From: Candidatus Sericytochromatia bacterium
GTDB taxonomy: Bacteria > Cyanobacteriota > Sericytochromatia > UBA7694
NCBI GenBank assembly: GCA_044356335.1
Contig: JBIKWL010000003.1
Span: forward strand, 9,950-73,949
Direction of reading: 5' to 3'
DNA length: 64,000 nt
Part shown: positions 53,152 to 63,121 of the stretch, piece by piece
Numbering within the stretch: position 1 is the first letter of the stretch
Layout of the letters: every line of letters starts with the position of its first letter
Translations under genes and position numbers: made by a program
Notes under the pieces: generated by a model
Told to the model about the DNA's origin: nothing
What the model saw: only the letters and a program-made list of their open reading frames with translations
Databases searched by the model: none

Positions 53152-54324
53152 TCAGCGGGGCCGTTTTGATGATACTTTGCGGCCGGATTCCCCCAGCCAA
53201 ATCCCCGATTTACGCCAGCGTTGTGCGGCAATTTCTGCCATCTCTTGAAATTGGCCCTGTTGATTGGCTTGCCAGAGACGCAGGTAATCTTCGGGCAATT
53301 TTGCCTGGGGGGCATGTAAATAGGCGAACTTTGAGGGCTGACTTAAACGTTTGAGTATCTTGGGCAAGGCGCGTGTTTCTTCGGACTGATAGGCCTGAAA
53401 CAGGGCTTTGGTACTGAGATAGGCCAGAATAGCCCGGGTCGACGGATCGCCAAATTTGCGTTTGTAGCGATCCCAAAATTCGATGGGGTAATCCACACGC
53501 GGATAGAGGGCGACCACATTGCCTACATTGCTTTTTCCGGCCTGCCTGACAAATTCGCGGTTGAATAATTCTTGCGGGCCAGCCAAAACCAATTTGAGCT
53601 TTTGATTGGAAAGTACCTCGGCCCATTGGGCTGCCAGAGGATAATTGCCGCAATAGATAATGCCTTCACTGCCTGCAGCCAAGAGGGCATCCAGGTTTTC
53701 TGCTATAGGTTCCGCACTGGTGCGATTTTCCCAAACGGGCTCCAGCCCCTGAAATCGCAAGTGACGCCGCACTTCTTTGCGCAAGGTCTGTCCGTAGAGC
53801 CCTGAGTCATGGACCAATGCCAAGCGGCGATATCCCGAATTTATCATAAATTGCACCAAACGTTGGGCCTCTTGTGAGGGATTGGCCAAGTTCTGACGCG
53901 TCAAATTGGCAGAAGCCGGATCACTCATCAAGGGAGTGCTGGGACTGAGCACCATGATCTTTTCTTGGGTATAAAGCGGTACCACGACCCGGCTAATTTC
54001 AGGTTCCAAAGCGACAAAAACCGCTTCTGGTTTTTCACTGATTAATTCCCCAGCTATTTTTTGGGCCTGCTCCAAAAGCCCCTGATCGTCGCGAATGCTC
54101 ATGGAGATGGATCTCCCATCAATGCCGCCCGCTTGATTCAATTCTTCGACAGCCAACATCACACCATTGACAATACTCTGTCCCTGTTGGGAGCGAGGCC
54201 CAGTGAGGGGGACAGCTACAGCTACTTTCAGACCCTCTCCAGAGTCAGGGCAGCCCGAAAGCAGGCCCAAGATGAGCCAGAGCGAAAAAAAACGGAAAAG
54301 AAGTTTCAATGATTTAGACTGCAC
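53152..54324 (-). CDS. periplasmic substrate-binding protein, Leu/Ile/Val-binding (type I PBP) family lipoprotein
   Basis: LKVAVAVPLTGPRSQQGQSIVNGVMLAVEELNQAGGIDGRSI. The ORF is open to 54450, but GTG 54324 or TTG 54309 gives the lipobox leader KLLFRFFSLWLILGLLSGC and avoids a long overlap with the kinase gene. Confidence 0.8.
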   Translation of the reverse strand: MQSKSLKLLFRFFSLWLILGLLSGCPDSGEGLKVAVAVPLTGPRSQQGQSIVNGVMLAVEELNQAGGIDGRSISMSIRDDQGLLEQAQKIAGELISEKPEAVFVALEPEISRVVVPLYTQEKIMVLSPSTPLMSDPASANLTRQNLANPSQEAQRLVQFMINSGYRRLALVHDSGLYGQTLRKEVRRHLRFQGLEPVWENRTSAEPIAENLDALLAAGSEGIIYCGNYPLAAQWAEVLSNQKLKLVLAGPQELFNREFVRQAGKSNVGNVVALYPRVDYPIEFWDRYKRKFGDPSTRAILAYLSTKALFQAYQSEETRALPKILKRLSQPSKFAYLHAPQAKLPEDYLRLWQANQQGQFQEMAEIAAQRWRKSGIWLGESGRKVSSKRPR

Positions 54325-56395
54325 TTTTGCGTTTGCTGACCGGTTTGGCAAAGAGCAAGATGGTCTTTGGGTTTGCGGATACTGGTTCTGTCTGATGCGG
54401 TTGGTGTGAGGCATTTGGACGTGGGCGCATCTTTTTTCGCTCGCTGCCAAGACGGCCTTTGAGGAATTGCAGATCTTGCAAAACCTGCTGTTCCATCGCT
54501 GTGGTCAGGGTTGCGGTGCAGCTCAGACATTGCTCCAAGGCCTGTTGTGCTTCTGCTTCTTTGCCCTGTTCGAAATAACCCCGGGCCATCAAAAAATAAA
54601 CCACGGCTTCGCCGCTTCCCACTGGCAATTGGGAAATATACATCAGGGTTTTGATTGCCTCTTCAAGTCGCAAGGCCTCGCGATAGGCAAAAGCCAGATA
54701 GAGATAGGCATCCATTTGCTCTGGTTTACACAAAATGGCGTGTTTATACATTTCTATCGAAGGAGCTTGCAGATTCAAGCGGCCATAGACAAATCCCAAG
54801 AGTCGGTAGCTGATTTCCCATTCGGGTGAATGCACCCAATTTATTTCGTTCAAGAGTGCTTCGAGTATATGCCGGGCCTGGGCCAGTTCACCCAAATGGT
54901 AATAGAGATTGGCCAGGTTGTGGCGGGTTTCGAATGAGCCCGGAAAATCTTGGTTGAGTTGCTGATAGAGGCGCAGGGCTTCGTGATAATAACCCAGCTC
55001 ATGGTAAAGCGAAGCCAGGTGATAAACCGTGTCAAAGGCCTGGGGCTGGAGCTCATAAGCCTTACGGTAATGGTCGAGAGCCGCTTCTTTTTGCCCTTCG
55101 AGATAATAGAGATTGCCTGCTTCTGTAAAAGGCGGTTCCCAGGTCTGGTCGAGCTGAATCAGATTTTGAAACTGTGCCAGAGCCTCGTATCGCCGATTGA
55201 GCAATTGCAATAAACAGCCCATTTCAAAGGGATAGAGCAAATTATTCGGGTCGAGTTGGTGGGCCTGCTCGACCAAGGAAAAAGCCGCTTCGATAAAACC
55301 TTCTGCTTTTTCGATTTTACAGAGGGCAAAATAAACGGCAGGATCGCGATCTTGCAATTCGAGAATCCGCTCATAACAACGCCTTGCACGGGCCCACTGG
55401 GCCTGCTCTTGATAAATTTGCCCGAGCATTTTGAGTGAAGGCAGATGATAGCCATTTTTTTGCAAAGCCAGCAGACAATACTCGCGACCGGCATCTGCCT
55501 CTTGGTATTTTTCCAGGCGCAGGCAGCCTTCGGCATAATAAATATCGGCATTTTCAAGCAGTTTTTCAATTTCTTGAGCCAGTTTGCGGGCGGTGGGAAT
55601 GCGGTAGTCTCTGTCTTTTTGTAAGCTGTGATAGACCAACTCTTCTAAACAGGGAGGAACCCAGGGATTGGCACTGCGAATGCGGGGGGGAGACTGGGTG
55701 AGCAGGTTTTGAACCAAGTCATTGAGTTCATCGCCTTCAAAGGGCAATTGGCCAGTCAAAAGTCGGTAAAAGACCACCCCCGTCGAAAAGAGGTCGGTGC
55801 GGTAGTCCAAATCGGCATCCCCCATGATTTGTTCGGGCGACATATACGCCAAAGAACCTTGTAACATGCGGGTTTGGGTTAAACTTGGAGCGAAGACCTG
55901 ACGGGCACAGCCAAAATCTGTCAGAAAAATCTGTTTTTGATCATTGATCAGAATGTTTTCGGGTTTGATATCTCTGTGAATCACACCCTGATCATGTAGA
56001 TAGTGCAAGGCCTGACAGAGTTGTTGAATCAGAATCAGGGTTTCAAGCAAAGAAAGAGCGTGTTGGCTCTGCAGCAGGGTTTCAAGACTTGGGAAGGGTT
56101 TGTATTCTGTTACCAGACAGGGATAACCATCCAGATCAAAAACATCCAAGGCGGGAACAATGCGGGGATGGTTGAGAAAATGGTGAATTTCACATTCGCG
56201 GCGAAAGCGCAGCAATTGCTCTTCGAAACTCAAATTGGTCCGGGAATCAGGTTGAAAGAGCTTGAGATGGACTTTTAAACCATGGGTGTCACGCCCCAAA
56301 AAGAGGCGACTGCCTGAACGGGCAGGCAATTCGGCCAAGATGGAATAATCTTTGATCATCCATCCCGTTGTGGTGCAATTAAGTGGTTCCTGCAT
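54314..56395 (-). CDS. Hanks-type Ser/Thr protein kinase fused to TPR repeats
   Basis: HRDIKPENIL, DFG and SPEQ. The C-terminal ~400 aa carry repeated TPR-like A..Y...L motifs. No TM segment seen. Confidence 0.9.
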   Translation of the reverse strand: MQEPLNCTTTGWMIKDYSILAELPARSGSRLFLGRDTHGLKVHLKLFQPDSRTNLSFEEQLLRFRRECEIHHFLNHPRIVPALDVFDLDGYPCLVTEYKPFPSLETLLQSQHALSLLETLILIQQLCQALHYLHDQGVIHRDIKPENILINDQKQIFLTDFGCARQVFAPSLTQTRMLQGSLAYMSPEQIMGDADLDYRTDLFSTGVVFYRLLTGQLPFEGDELNDLVQNLLTQSPPRIRSANPWVPPCLEELVYHSLQKDRDYRIPTARKLAQEIEKLLENADIYYAEGCLRLEKYQEADAGREYCLLALQKNGYHLPSLKMLGQIYQEQAQWARARRCYERILELQDRDPAVYFALCKIEKAEGFIEAAFSLVEQAHQLDPNNLLYPFEMGCLLQLLNRRYEALAQFQNLIQLDQTWEPPFTEAGNLYYLEGQKEAALDHYRKAYELQPQAFDTVYHLASLYHELGYYHEALRLYQQLNQDFPGSFETRHNLANLYYHLGELAQARHILEALLNEINWVHSPEWEISYRLLGFVYGRLNLQAPSIEMYKHAILCKPEQMDAYLYLAFAYREALRLEEAIKTLMYISQLPVGSGEAVVYFLMARGYFEQGKEAEAQQALEQCLSCTATLTTAMEQQVLQDLQFLKGRLGSERKKMRPRPNASHQPHQTEPVSANPKTILLFAKPVSKRKSAV

Positions 56396-56534
56396 TCTGT
56401 TTCCGGGTCAAGCTATAACTGAAAAGGGGTCATTCCGCTGCTGCGAACCCAGCATAACATAGTTGGAGATCTGCGAATATAGCAAACGACACAATTGAAA
56501 TAACAGTTTGGACATTTATCAAAACGGTCTGAAA

Positions 56535-57464
56535 TCAAGGCTTCATTTGCTTTAAAATCTGTTCAGCCTGTTGGTGTAAAAGCGCCAGTTCATCATTTTC
56601 TACCCCTTGGGGCTGAAAGCGCAGATGATCACAATGGTGCAAATAAATTTCCAACTCATCTAAGAGGGCTTCCGCGACGCCCTGGGCTTTCAGCCAATTG
56701 ACGATTTCTTGGCTGGTCAGCCCGCTGGGCAATGTTTCGAAGCGTTTGCCCAATTCAATCCGAAACGCATTCCGCAAGGCTTCGAGCGAGTTGGGTTCGG
56801 GCAAAATTTGATTTGCTTTCATGGTTGAAGCTGCCGGTGGCGCCGTCTCCAGTGTGACGGTGACCCTTTCGAGCGGTTGAGCTTTTTGAGTCTGATTTTG
56901 CCCATGTTTGTCTTGCGTCTTGACTTTTGTGCTGGATTTTCGGCGCAAAAGCCAAAGGCCAACACCGAGCAAGGGCAAAATCCCAAACAGCACAACCCAA
57001 AACCAAGAGCCTCCCCCTTGGCCGGGTGGGGCCTGAACTTTAAGGGTCAATTCATCTGAAAGCAAGACTTTGTCTTGATCATAACCCATGCTCAAAGGGG
57101 GAATCGGGAAATTTCCCGTTTGTGTGGCGACCAAAATAAAGTGGTAGCGCAACAAAACCCGCACCTGATTGTTCTGGGTTGAGATATTCTGGCCCACCTG
57201 GCTTGAGAGCAAGCTTAAACCCGGAATGATGGGGAACTCCGGGTTGGGGGTTTGCATCGTGGTCTGTGAGGCAGACATATCTTCGATTCGGTCGATGCGC
57301 AGATGCACCTGTTCACCCACTTGGGCCGGGTTGGGTGAAAGGGTGGTTTTGAGCAGCACCTTAGCACTGGCGGGCAAAGCCGCCAGCACCAGCACCAAAG
57401 CCAGGATCAGGGCATTGAGGCCCTGAATCAGGAAATGCCTTTGCCTGCGACGCGTCGGATCCAT
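56535..57464 (-). CDS. BatD-like (oxygen-tolerance family) membrane protein
   Basis: Signal peptide, Ig-like ectodomain (LSPNPAQVGEQVHLRI), single TM helix (WFWVVLFGILPLLGVGLWLL) and a helical cytoplasmic tail. The family call is from architecture only. Confidence 0.55.
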   Translation of the reverse strand: MDPTRRRQRHFLIQGLNALILALVLVLAALPASAKVLLKTTLSPNPAQVGEQVHLRIDRIEDMSASQTTMQTPNPEFPIIPGLSLLSSQVGQNISTQNNQVRVLLRYHFILVATQTGNFPIPPLSMGYDQDKVLLSDELTLKVQAPPGQGGGSWFWVVLFGILPLLGVGLWLLRRKSSTKVKTQDKHGQNQTQKAQPLERVTVTLETAPPAASTMKANQILPEPNSLEALRNAFRIELGKRFETLPSGLTSQEIVNWLKAQGVAEALLDELEIYLHHCDHLRFQPQGVENDELALLHQQAEQILKQMKP

Positions 57465-59269
57465 TGGCTCATTTGCTCAGGGTTGTCAGACAGGGCCAAT
57501 GCGTCTGAACCGCTGATCACACAATTATCATAGAATTCAAACAGTGACATATTGCCCGATTGCATACCGTCGTAAGGGCTGGTCTCAATGACCTTATACA
57601 GCTCATTGATTTCATTGCGGCGAATATAATCCCGGGAGTTGTCGCCACGGGCATTGGGGGTGATCAACAAAATCTCGATTGAGCAGACGCGGCCTGGGCG
57701 ATCCCAGCGCTTGAGCAGACGTTGCGAGATCGAGGCTCGGATCGTCTCAGAGAGCTGCAATCGCACCTGCTCCTGTTCGTGGGGCGGGAAGGTGTTGATA
57801 ATACGGTTGATGGTTTGGACCGCATCGTTGGTGTGCAAGGTGCTCAAAACCAAGTGACCGGTTTCCGCCGCTTTGAGACCCGCGATAATCGTGTCTTGGT
57901 CGCGCATTTCCCCGATCAGAATGATATCTGGCTTTTGACGCAGGCCAGCGCGCATGCCCATTGGGAAGCTGAGTGAGTCGATCTCAATCGCACGCTGGGT
58001 AAAGACTGAATTTTTATTGGTGTAGACATATTCCACCGGGTTTTCCAGGGTCAAAACGTGACTCTGTCGGTTTTGGTTGGCAAATTCAATAATCGAGGCC
58101 AAAGTGGTTGTTTTCCCTGAGCCGGTCTGGCCGGTTACCAGTACCAGTCCCAAACGCTCAAAAACCAATTTCTTGAGAATTTGGGGAATGATCAAGACGT
58201 GGGTGGGCAAAGGATCGTTGGGAATCAGACGGAGCACCATGCCGACAGTGCCCTGGGCCCAATAGACATTACAGCGGAAACGGGCCACACCCGGCACCGA
58301 AAAGGAGGTGTCCATTTCTCGGGTCTCTTCAAATTGCATAATTTGCTCTTCGCTCAGAGCGCGGAAAGCATAGTGCTGGGTGTCTTCGGGTTCTAAAAAG
58401 GTGAGAAACTCGGGGTGAGGCACAACATCACCCCGCAAGACCCCCAAAGGACGGCAGGCTGCTTTGATATGGATATCGTCTGCGCCCCATTGCACCATGG
58501 CTTTAAGAATATTAAACAGTGAAGGGATATCCCGTTCGCGTTCGTATTCATCTTGTTGAAAGCCACTCTGATCCAACTCTTTGGCTTCAGCGGTCATCGA
58601 GCGGAATCGGCTGTCAACAATTTCTTCAATATCTGGGCGCAGGGCTTCGAGTTCATTGCCCACTTGGTCGGGCATCCCCAAAGGCTCAACGACCTTCATG
58701 AAGTTTTTGATCTCCAAATACTGGTCCGTGTGCCCCAGTGGACTGTCACCCAAATTGCGCATGATTTCGCGGAAGCCCGGCATTCTGTGATTGACAATGC
58801 CGTGCACGATTTCCATGGGAATAACCAGATTTTTATTGGTGATCGGATTGGCCACTTCAAGGTAAACACCTTCGATGATGGCATCATCACCTGGCACACT
58901 CGATTTGGTGCGTTGGTTGCGGAAGTGTTTGATACAATAGGGTTTTTTCTTGTCTTTGCACTCTTGCACCACTTCTTGCACGATCTGATCGTGAATCTGG
59001 CGCAATTCTAGATTGTCAAAGACACTGCGAACCGCAGGCAGGTACTTTTCCATCACCATGTCTCTCAACATGTTTTCACTCATCAGCTGGCGAAAATAGG
59101 CGGCCGTGGCGTCTAATTTCTGAGGAGAGAGCATATTCGGTAGATCTTGCGACATGGAAACGGTTCCCTCTTTTTCTTGTGTCTTTGCGTTCAGTGCGTT
59201 CAGTATACCACCCTGTTCTCTCGACCACGAGTAGGGTTCGGTTTTGGGGCTTAGGTTTTGGGTCTGCAT
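57428..59269 (-). CDS. PilT/PilU-type retraction-ATPase homolog with ~250-aa N-terminal extension
   Basis: Walker A GQTGSGKTTT. LENPVEY. Walker B GEMRD. His box TGHLVLSTLHTNDA. The PilT core starts near residue 255 of 613. Confidence 0.9.
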   Translation of the reverse strand: MQTQNLSPKTEPYSWSREQGGILNALNAKTQEKEGTVSMSQDLPNMLSPQKLDATAAYFRQLMSENMLRDMVMEKYLPAVRSVFDNLELRQIHDQIVQEVVQECKDKKKPYCIKHFRNQRTKSSVPGDDAIIEGVYLEVANPITNKNLVIPMEIVHGIVNHRMPGFREIMRNLGDSPLGHTDQYLEIKNFMKVVEPLGMPDQVGNELEALRPDIEEIVDSRFRSMTAEAKELDQSGFQQDEYERERDIPSLFNILKAMVQWGADDIHIKAACRPLGVLRGDVVPHPEFLTFLEPEDTQHYAFRALSEEQIMQFEETREMDTSFSVPGVARFRCNVYWAQGTVGMVLRLIPNDPLPTHVLIIPQILKKLVFERLGLVLVTGQTGSGKTTTLASIIEFANQNRQSHVLTLENPVEYVYTNKNSVFTQRAIEIDSLSFPMGMRAGLRQKPDIILIGEMRDQDTIIAGLKAAETGHLVLSTLHTNDAVQTINRIINTFPPHEQEQVRLQLSETIRASISQRLLKRWDRPGRVCSIEILLITPNARGDNSRDYIRRNEINELYKVIETSPYDGMQSGNMSLFEFYDNCVISGSDALALSDNPEQMSQWIRRVAGKGIS

Positions 59270-59315
59270 GCGCTAAAATACCCTATTCTGACTTATTGAG
59301 ACCCGGGAGTTTTGG

Positions 59316-61025
59316 ATGTCGCAATTGCTTGTCTCCTGTTTAGACCCCGCCAAAAATGGCGAAGAAATTGTCTATGCGCAATGGCATGAAAACCCCGCCA
59401 AGCGTTTGCAACTGAGTGGGGCAGAGGTCTTAAAACAGGTCGAGGCAGTGGCCGCTGGTTTGGCCAAGTGCTACCCACCCCAGAGCCGTATTTTGCTCTT
59501 GTTTGAGCCTGGACTTGAATTTCCTTTGGCCTTTTGGGCCTGCCTGCGTGCGGGCATGGTTGCGATTCCCACCTTTCCGCCTGCAGACCCGCGCACCCGC
59601 ACACGTTTTTTGGGCATTGCCGAGGACGCCCAAGCGGTTGCGGTCCTCACTTCGTCACCCCTGCTCAAACTCTCAAAATGGGTCAAGTGGCTGGTGGGCA
59701 GCCTGCGGCGCATGCATTGGCATGCCCTGGAAGATCTTGTGGCAGAAGTCCCGCTGGGCCATGGCCCAGATCTGTTCAGTCTGCCCAGTCTGCCCAGCGA
59801 AAATGATTTGGCTCTTTTGCAATACACCTCAGGTTCAACGGGCACACCGCGCGGGGTGATGTTGAGCCATGGCAATGTCTACGCCAATTTGCTCTCACTG
59901 GTCGCACCATGGCAAACCATGCCTGCTGTCAAAGAACATATTGTCTCTTGGCTGCCGCTTTATCACGATATGGGCCTGATGGCGGGCATTGTCTTTCCGC
60001 GTTTTATCAATGCCCGTTCCACAACGTTTTCACCGCTGTATTTTTTGCAAAAGCCCAAGCGTTGGCTGATGGCCCTGAGTGAAACCCAGGGCACAATCAG
60101 CTGTGCCCCCAATTTTGCTTTTGGCATGTGCCTGAAAAAGATTTCCGAAGAACAATTGACAGGATTAGACCTCAGCCATTGGCGCATCTCTCTCAATGGC
60201 GCTGAAGCCATCAATCCCGAGACCCTGGAGCGCTTCGCTGAACGCTTTGCTCCCTGTGGTTTTAACCATACTGCTTATTACAATGCCTATGGTATGGCAG
60301 AAACGGCTGTGTTTGTGACAGGTGGAAAACCCTTGAACTCCCCTGTTGTGCGCAGTTTTGACCGCGAAGCCCTGAGCCAACACCAAGTTCTGCCCAGCCC
60401 AGATGGGCGTGTCATGGTCGGTTTGGGCCAAAGCTGGGCAGATACCCACATTTGTATCGTTGATCCTGAGACCTGTCAACGCCTGGGACCCATGCAAGTG
60501 GGTGAAATCTGGATTCAGGGAGGCAGTGTTGGCCAGGGCTATTGGCGACAGCCCGAAGAGACGCAAGCGACTTTTGCTGCCGAAATCGCAGCTGAACCCG
60601 AAGCTGGAAAATGGCTGCGCAGTGGCGACCTTGGTTTTATCTTTGAAGGAGATCTGTTTATTACAGGGCGGCGCAAAGAACTGATTATTTTGCAGGGCCA
60701 AAACCACTCTCCCCCGGTGATCGAACAGGCTGTGCAAAAGGCCAATGCCAACTTCCGCACCGGCTGTGGGGCGGCTTTTTCGCTGGGAGAATCTCCCGAA
60801 AAGCTGATTCTGGTCCAAGAAGTGCGCAATGAGTGCTCTTTATCTGTCTCTGAACTCGAAAAAATTGCCCGCAATGCCCTGGCTGAAGCAGAAGGTTTGC
60901 ATCTCGATGAGTTGGTTTTGGTTGAGTCAGGTGCTTTGCCCAAGACCTCCAGTGGCAAAATTCAACGCAAATTATGCCAGAACGCGTATCTCAAAGGAAA
61001 ACTAAAAAAATGGAAAAAACGTTAA
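59316..61025 (+). CDS. fatty acyl-AMP ligase (FAAL)
   Basis: LQYTSGSTGTPRGVMLSHGN, WLPLYHDMGLMAG, YGMAE, SGDLGF and KTSSGKIQR. Confidence 0.9.
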   Translation: MSQLLVSCLDPAKNGEEIVYAQWHENPAKRLQLSGAEVLKQVEAVAAGLAKCYPPQSRILLLFEPGLEFPLAFWACLRAGMVAIPTFPPADPRTRTRFLGIAEDAQAVAVLTSSPLLKLSKWVKWLVGSLRRMHWHALEDLVAEVPLGHGPDLFSLPSLPSENDLALLQYTSGSTGTPRGVMLSHGNVYANLLSLVAPWQTMPAVKEHIVSWLPLYHDMGLMAGIVFPRFINARSTTFSPLYFLQKPKRWLMALSETQGTISCAPNFAFGMCLKKISEEQLTGLDLSHWRISLNGAEAINPETLERFAERFAPCGFNHTAYYNAYGMAETAVFVTGGKPLNSPVVRSFDREALSQHQVLPSPDGRVMVGLGQSWADTHICIVDPETCQRLGPMQVGEIWIQGGSVGQGYWRQPEETQATFAAEIAAEPEAGKWLRSGDLGFIFEGDLFITGRRKELIILQGQNHSPPVIEQAVQKANANFRTGCGAAFSLGESPEKLILVQEVRNECSLSVSELEKIARNALAEAEGLHLDELVLVESGALPKTSSGKIQRKLCQNAYLKGKLKKWKKR

Positions 61026-61276
61026 AACCCAAGCGCAGCGAGCTGGAAAACTGGTTTTTGAGCGAAATCGCTGAACTCGCCGAAAGGCCGGTCTCAGAAA
61101 TTGACCCAGAACAGCCCTTTGCCGCTTTGGGATTGGATTCTACAGTGATTATTTCCCTGACAGGCGAAATGGAAGACACATGGGGATTGGAATTGGACCC
61201 CACTTTGGTCTTTGAATATCCCAGCATTTCCCGGCTATTGAATTATTTGGAGGCCGAAGGTGTGGTTGCTGCCTGA
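61010..61276 (+). CDS. acyl carrier protein
   Basis: Phosphopantetheine site LGLDSTVIISL. ATG 61010 overlaps the FAAL end by 16 nt. Confidence 0.8.
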   Translation: MEKTLKPKRSELENWFLSEIAELAERPVSEIDPEQPFAALGLDSTVIISLTGEMEDTWGLELDPTLVFEYPSISRLLNYLEAEGVVAA

Positions 61277-62477
61277 ACTCCTGCAGGCTTTGCAAGCAGC
61301 TGAAATCAACCTGAGTCTTCAAGGCGGCGAATTACATGTCCGTGCCCCCCGCGGTGCTTTATCTCCCGACTTGCAAAATGGCATCCGCGAATTGCGGGGG
61401 GCTTTGATCACCCATCTGCAGCAGCTTGAAAAAAAAGTCAAATTCAGTCTGTTTTTCTTTGGCAAAGCCGATTATGCCCAGGCCCAGGGCTATGAAAGCC
61501 TGATTCAGATTGCCAAACAGGCAGAACAATGGGGCTTTGCGGGCATTTGGACCCCCGAACGGCATTTTGACTCGCTGGGGGGATTTTTTCCCAGCCCAGC
61601 GGTGCTGGCAGCGGCTCTGGCCCGCGAGACAAAAAAACTGAAGTTGCGGGCAGGCAGTGTTGTCTTGCCCCTGCACAACCCGATTCGCGTCAGCGAAGAT
61701 TGGGCCGTGGTGGATCATCTCAGTGGGGGCCGAGTGGAATTGTCATTTGCCACGGGCTGGCACAGCCACGATTTTGCTCTGGCGCCAGAACATTATGGCG
61801 ATCGCCATGCGCACATGTACAAATCTATCGAAGAAGTGAGGGCTCTTTGGCGCGGTGAGAGCTTGGACCGCCGCGAAGGCAGCGGGAGCACCATCGCCAT
61901 TCAGACCCACCCACGCCCTTTGCAAGCAGAGCTGCCCGTCTGGATCACCGCAATTGGCAATCCCGAATCCTATCAAAAGATTGGGTCTGTGGGTGCCCAT
62001 CTTTTAACCTGTCTTTTGGATCAAGACGTCGAAGAGCTGAGCGATAAACTCAAGCTCTACCGCCAAGCACTGTCAGAGGCGGGGCATGATCCCGCACAGT
62101 TTCAGGTCTGTGTATTTTTGCATACCTTTTTGGGCCGGGATCTCGAAGCTGTTCGAACTCAGGTGGCAACTCCCTTAAAAGACTATTTGCGCAGCACCTT
62201 ACACCTCTTGGGCAAACTGAGCCATAGTGCGGGGCTTGAACTGAACCCCGAGGCTTTTTCCGACGAAGACACCGAGACCCTCTTGGATTTTGCCTTCGAA
62301 CGCTATTTTTCCAGCCGGTCGCTGATGGGGACGCCTGAAAGCGTGGCTCCTTTATTGCAGGCGCTCAAAGCGGCAGGGGTCAGCGAAATTGCCTGTTTGG
62401 TGGATTTTGGTCCCAGCCATGAAGCGATTCTGGGCAGCCTGGAAATTTTAGCCGGCCTGTTCTCCAACCCCGACTAA
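61260..62477 (+). CDS. TubC_N-type docking domain fused to a luciferase-like (LLM) flavin monooxygenase of the natural-product class
   Basis: N-terminus LLPELLQALQAAEINLSLQGGELHVRAPRGALSPDLQNGIRELRGALITHL resembles the TubC N-terminal docking domain. It is followed by FSLFFFG...GFAGIWTPERHF...GGRVELSFATGWH, typical of LLM enzymes. Confidence 0.85.
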   Translation: MWLLPELLQALQAAEINLSLQGGELHVRAPRGALSPDLQNGIRELRGALITHLQQLEKKVKFSLFFFGKADYAQAQGYESLIQIAKQAEQWGFAGIWTPERHFDSLGGFFPSPAVLAAALARETKKLKLRAGSVVLPLHNPIRVSEDWAVVDHLSGGRVELSFATGWHSHDFALAPEHYGDRHAHMYKSIEEVRALWRGESLDRREGSGSTIAIQTHPRPLQAELPVWITAIGNPESYQKIGSVGAHLLTCLLDQDVEELSDKLKLYRQALSEAGHDPAQFQVCVFLHTFLGRDLEAVRTQVATPLKDYLRSTLHLLGKLSHSAGLELNPEAFSDEDTETLLDFAFERYFSSRSLMGTPESVAPLLQALKAAGVSEIACLVDFGPSHEAILGSLEILAGLFSNPD

Positions 62478-62545
62478 ACTTGCCCCATGCTTGAAATACG
62501 CAACCAGAAAATGGCATAATTTGAGTATTCCTGAAGGAGCCTGCG

Positions 62546-63118
62546 ATGCCTGCCATTCAATTCTGCCCAGCCTGTGGAGGGCCGATCCAAGAGCTGATTC
62601 CTGTTGGAGATAACCGCAAACGGCCTGTTTGCTCGGCCTGTGAACGGGTGCATTACCAAAACCCCAATGTGGTTGTGGGCTGTGTCGCTTATTATCAGGA
62701 GGGTTATTTGCTCTGTCGGCGCGCCATTGAGCCCCGCAGTGGATTTTGGACCATTCCAGCAGGTTATCTCGAACTCAACGAAAGCACCGAAGAAGGGGCC
62801 CTGCGCGAGGCCCACGAAGAGTCGGGGGCCCGTTTGGAAATCCGTTCACTTTTGGCTGTTTATAATTTGCCCCACCTTTCACAAGTGCAATTGCTCTATT
62901 TGGCTGAAATGACAACACCCGAGCTGATGCCCGGTGAAGAGAGCCTGGAAGCTGAAATTTTTGCCTGGCAAGATATTCCCTGGTCAGAATTGGCTTTCCC
63001 CACGGTTTATTGGGCCCTGCATCATGCCCGTCTGATGCGGGCAAACGGAACTCTCAGCCCTGATTTGGCTTCGGAAAAACTCTTAAGACCGGCACCAGCC
63101 AACCCTTTGGAGGCCTAA
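62546..63118 (+). CDS. NUDIX hydrolase with N-terminal zinc ribbon
   Basis: CPACGG...CSAC ribbon. Nudix box GYLELNESTEEGALREAHEESGA. Confidence 0.85.
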   Translation: MPAIQFCPACGGPIQELIPVGDNRKRPVCSACERVHYQNPNVVVGCVAYYQEGYLLCRRAIEPRSGFWTIPAGYLELNESTEEGALREAHEESGARLEIRSLLAVYNLPHLSQVQLLYLAEMTTPELMPGEESLEAEIFAWQDIPWSELAFPTVYWALHHARLMRANGTLSPDLASEKLLRPAPANPLEA

Positions 63119-63121
63119 GGC

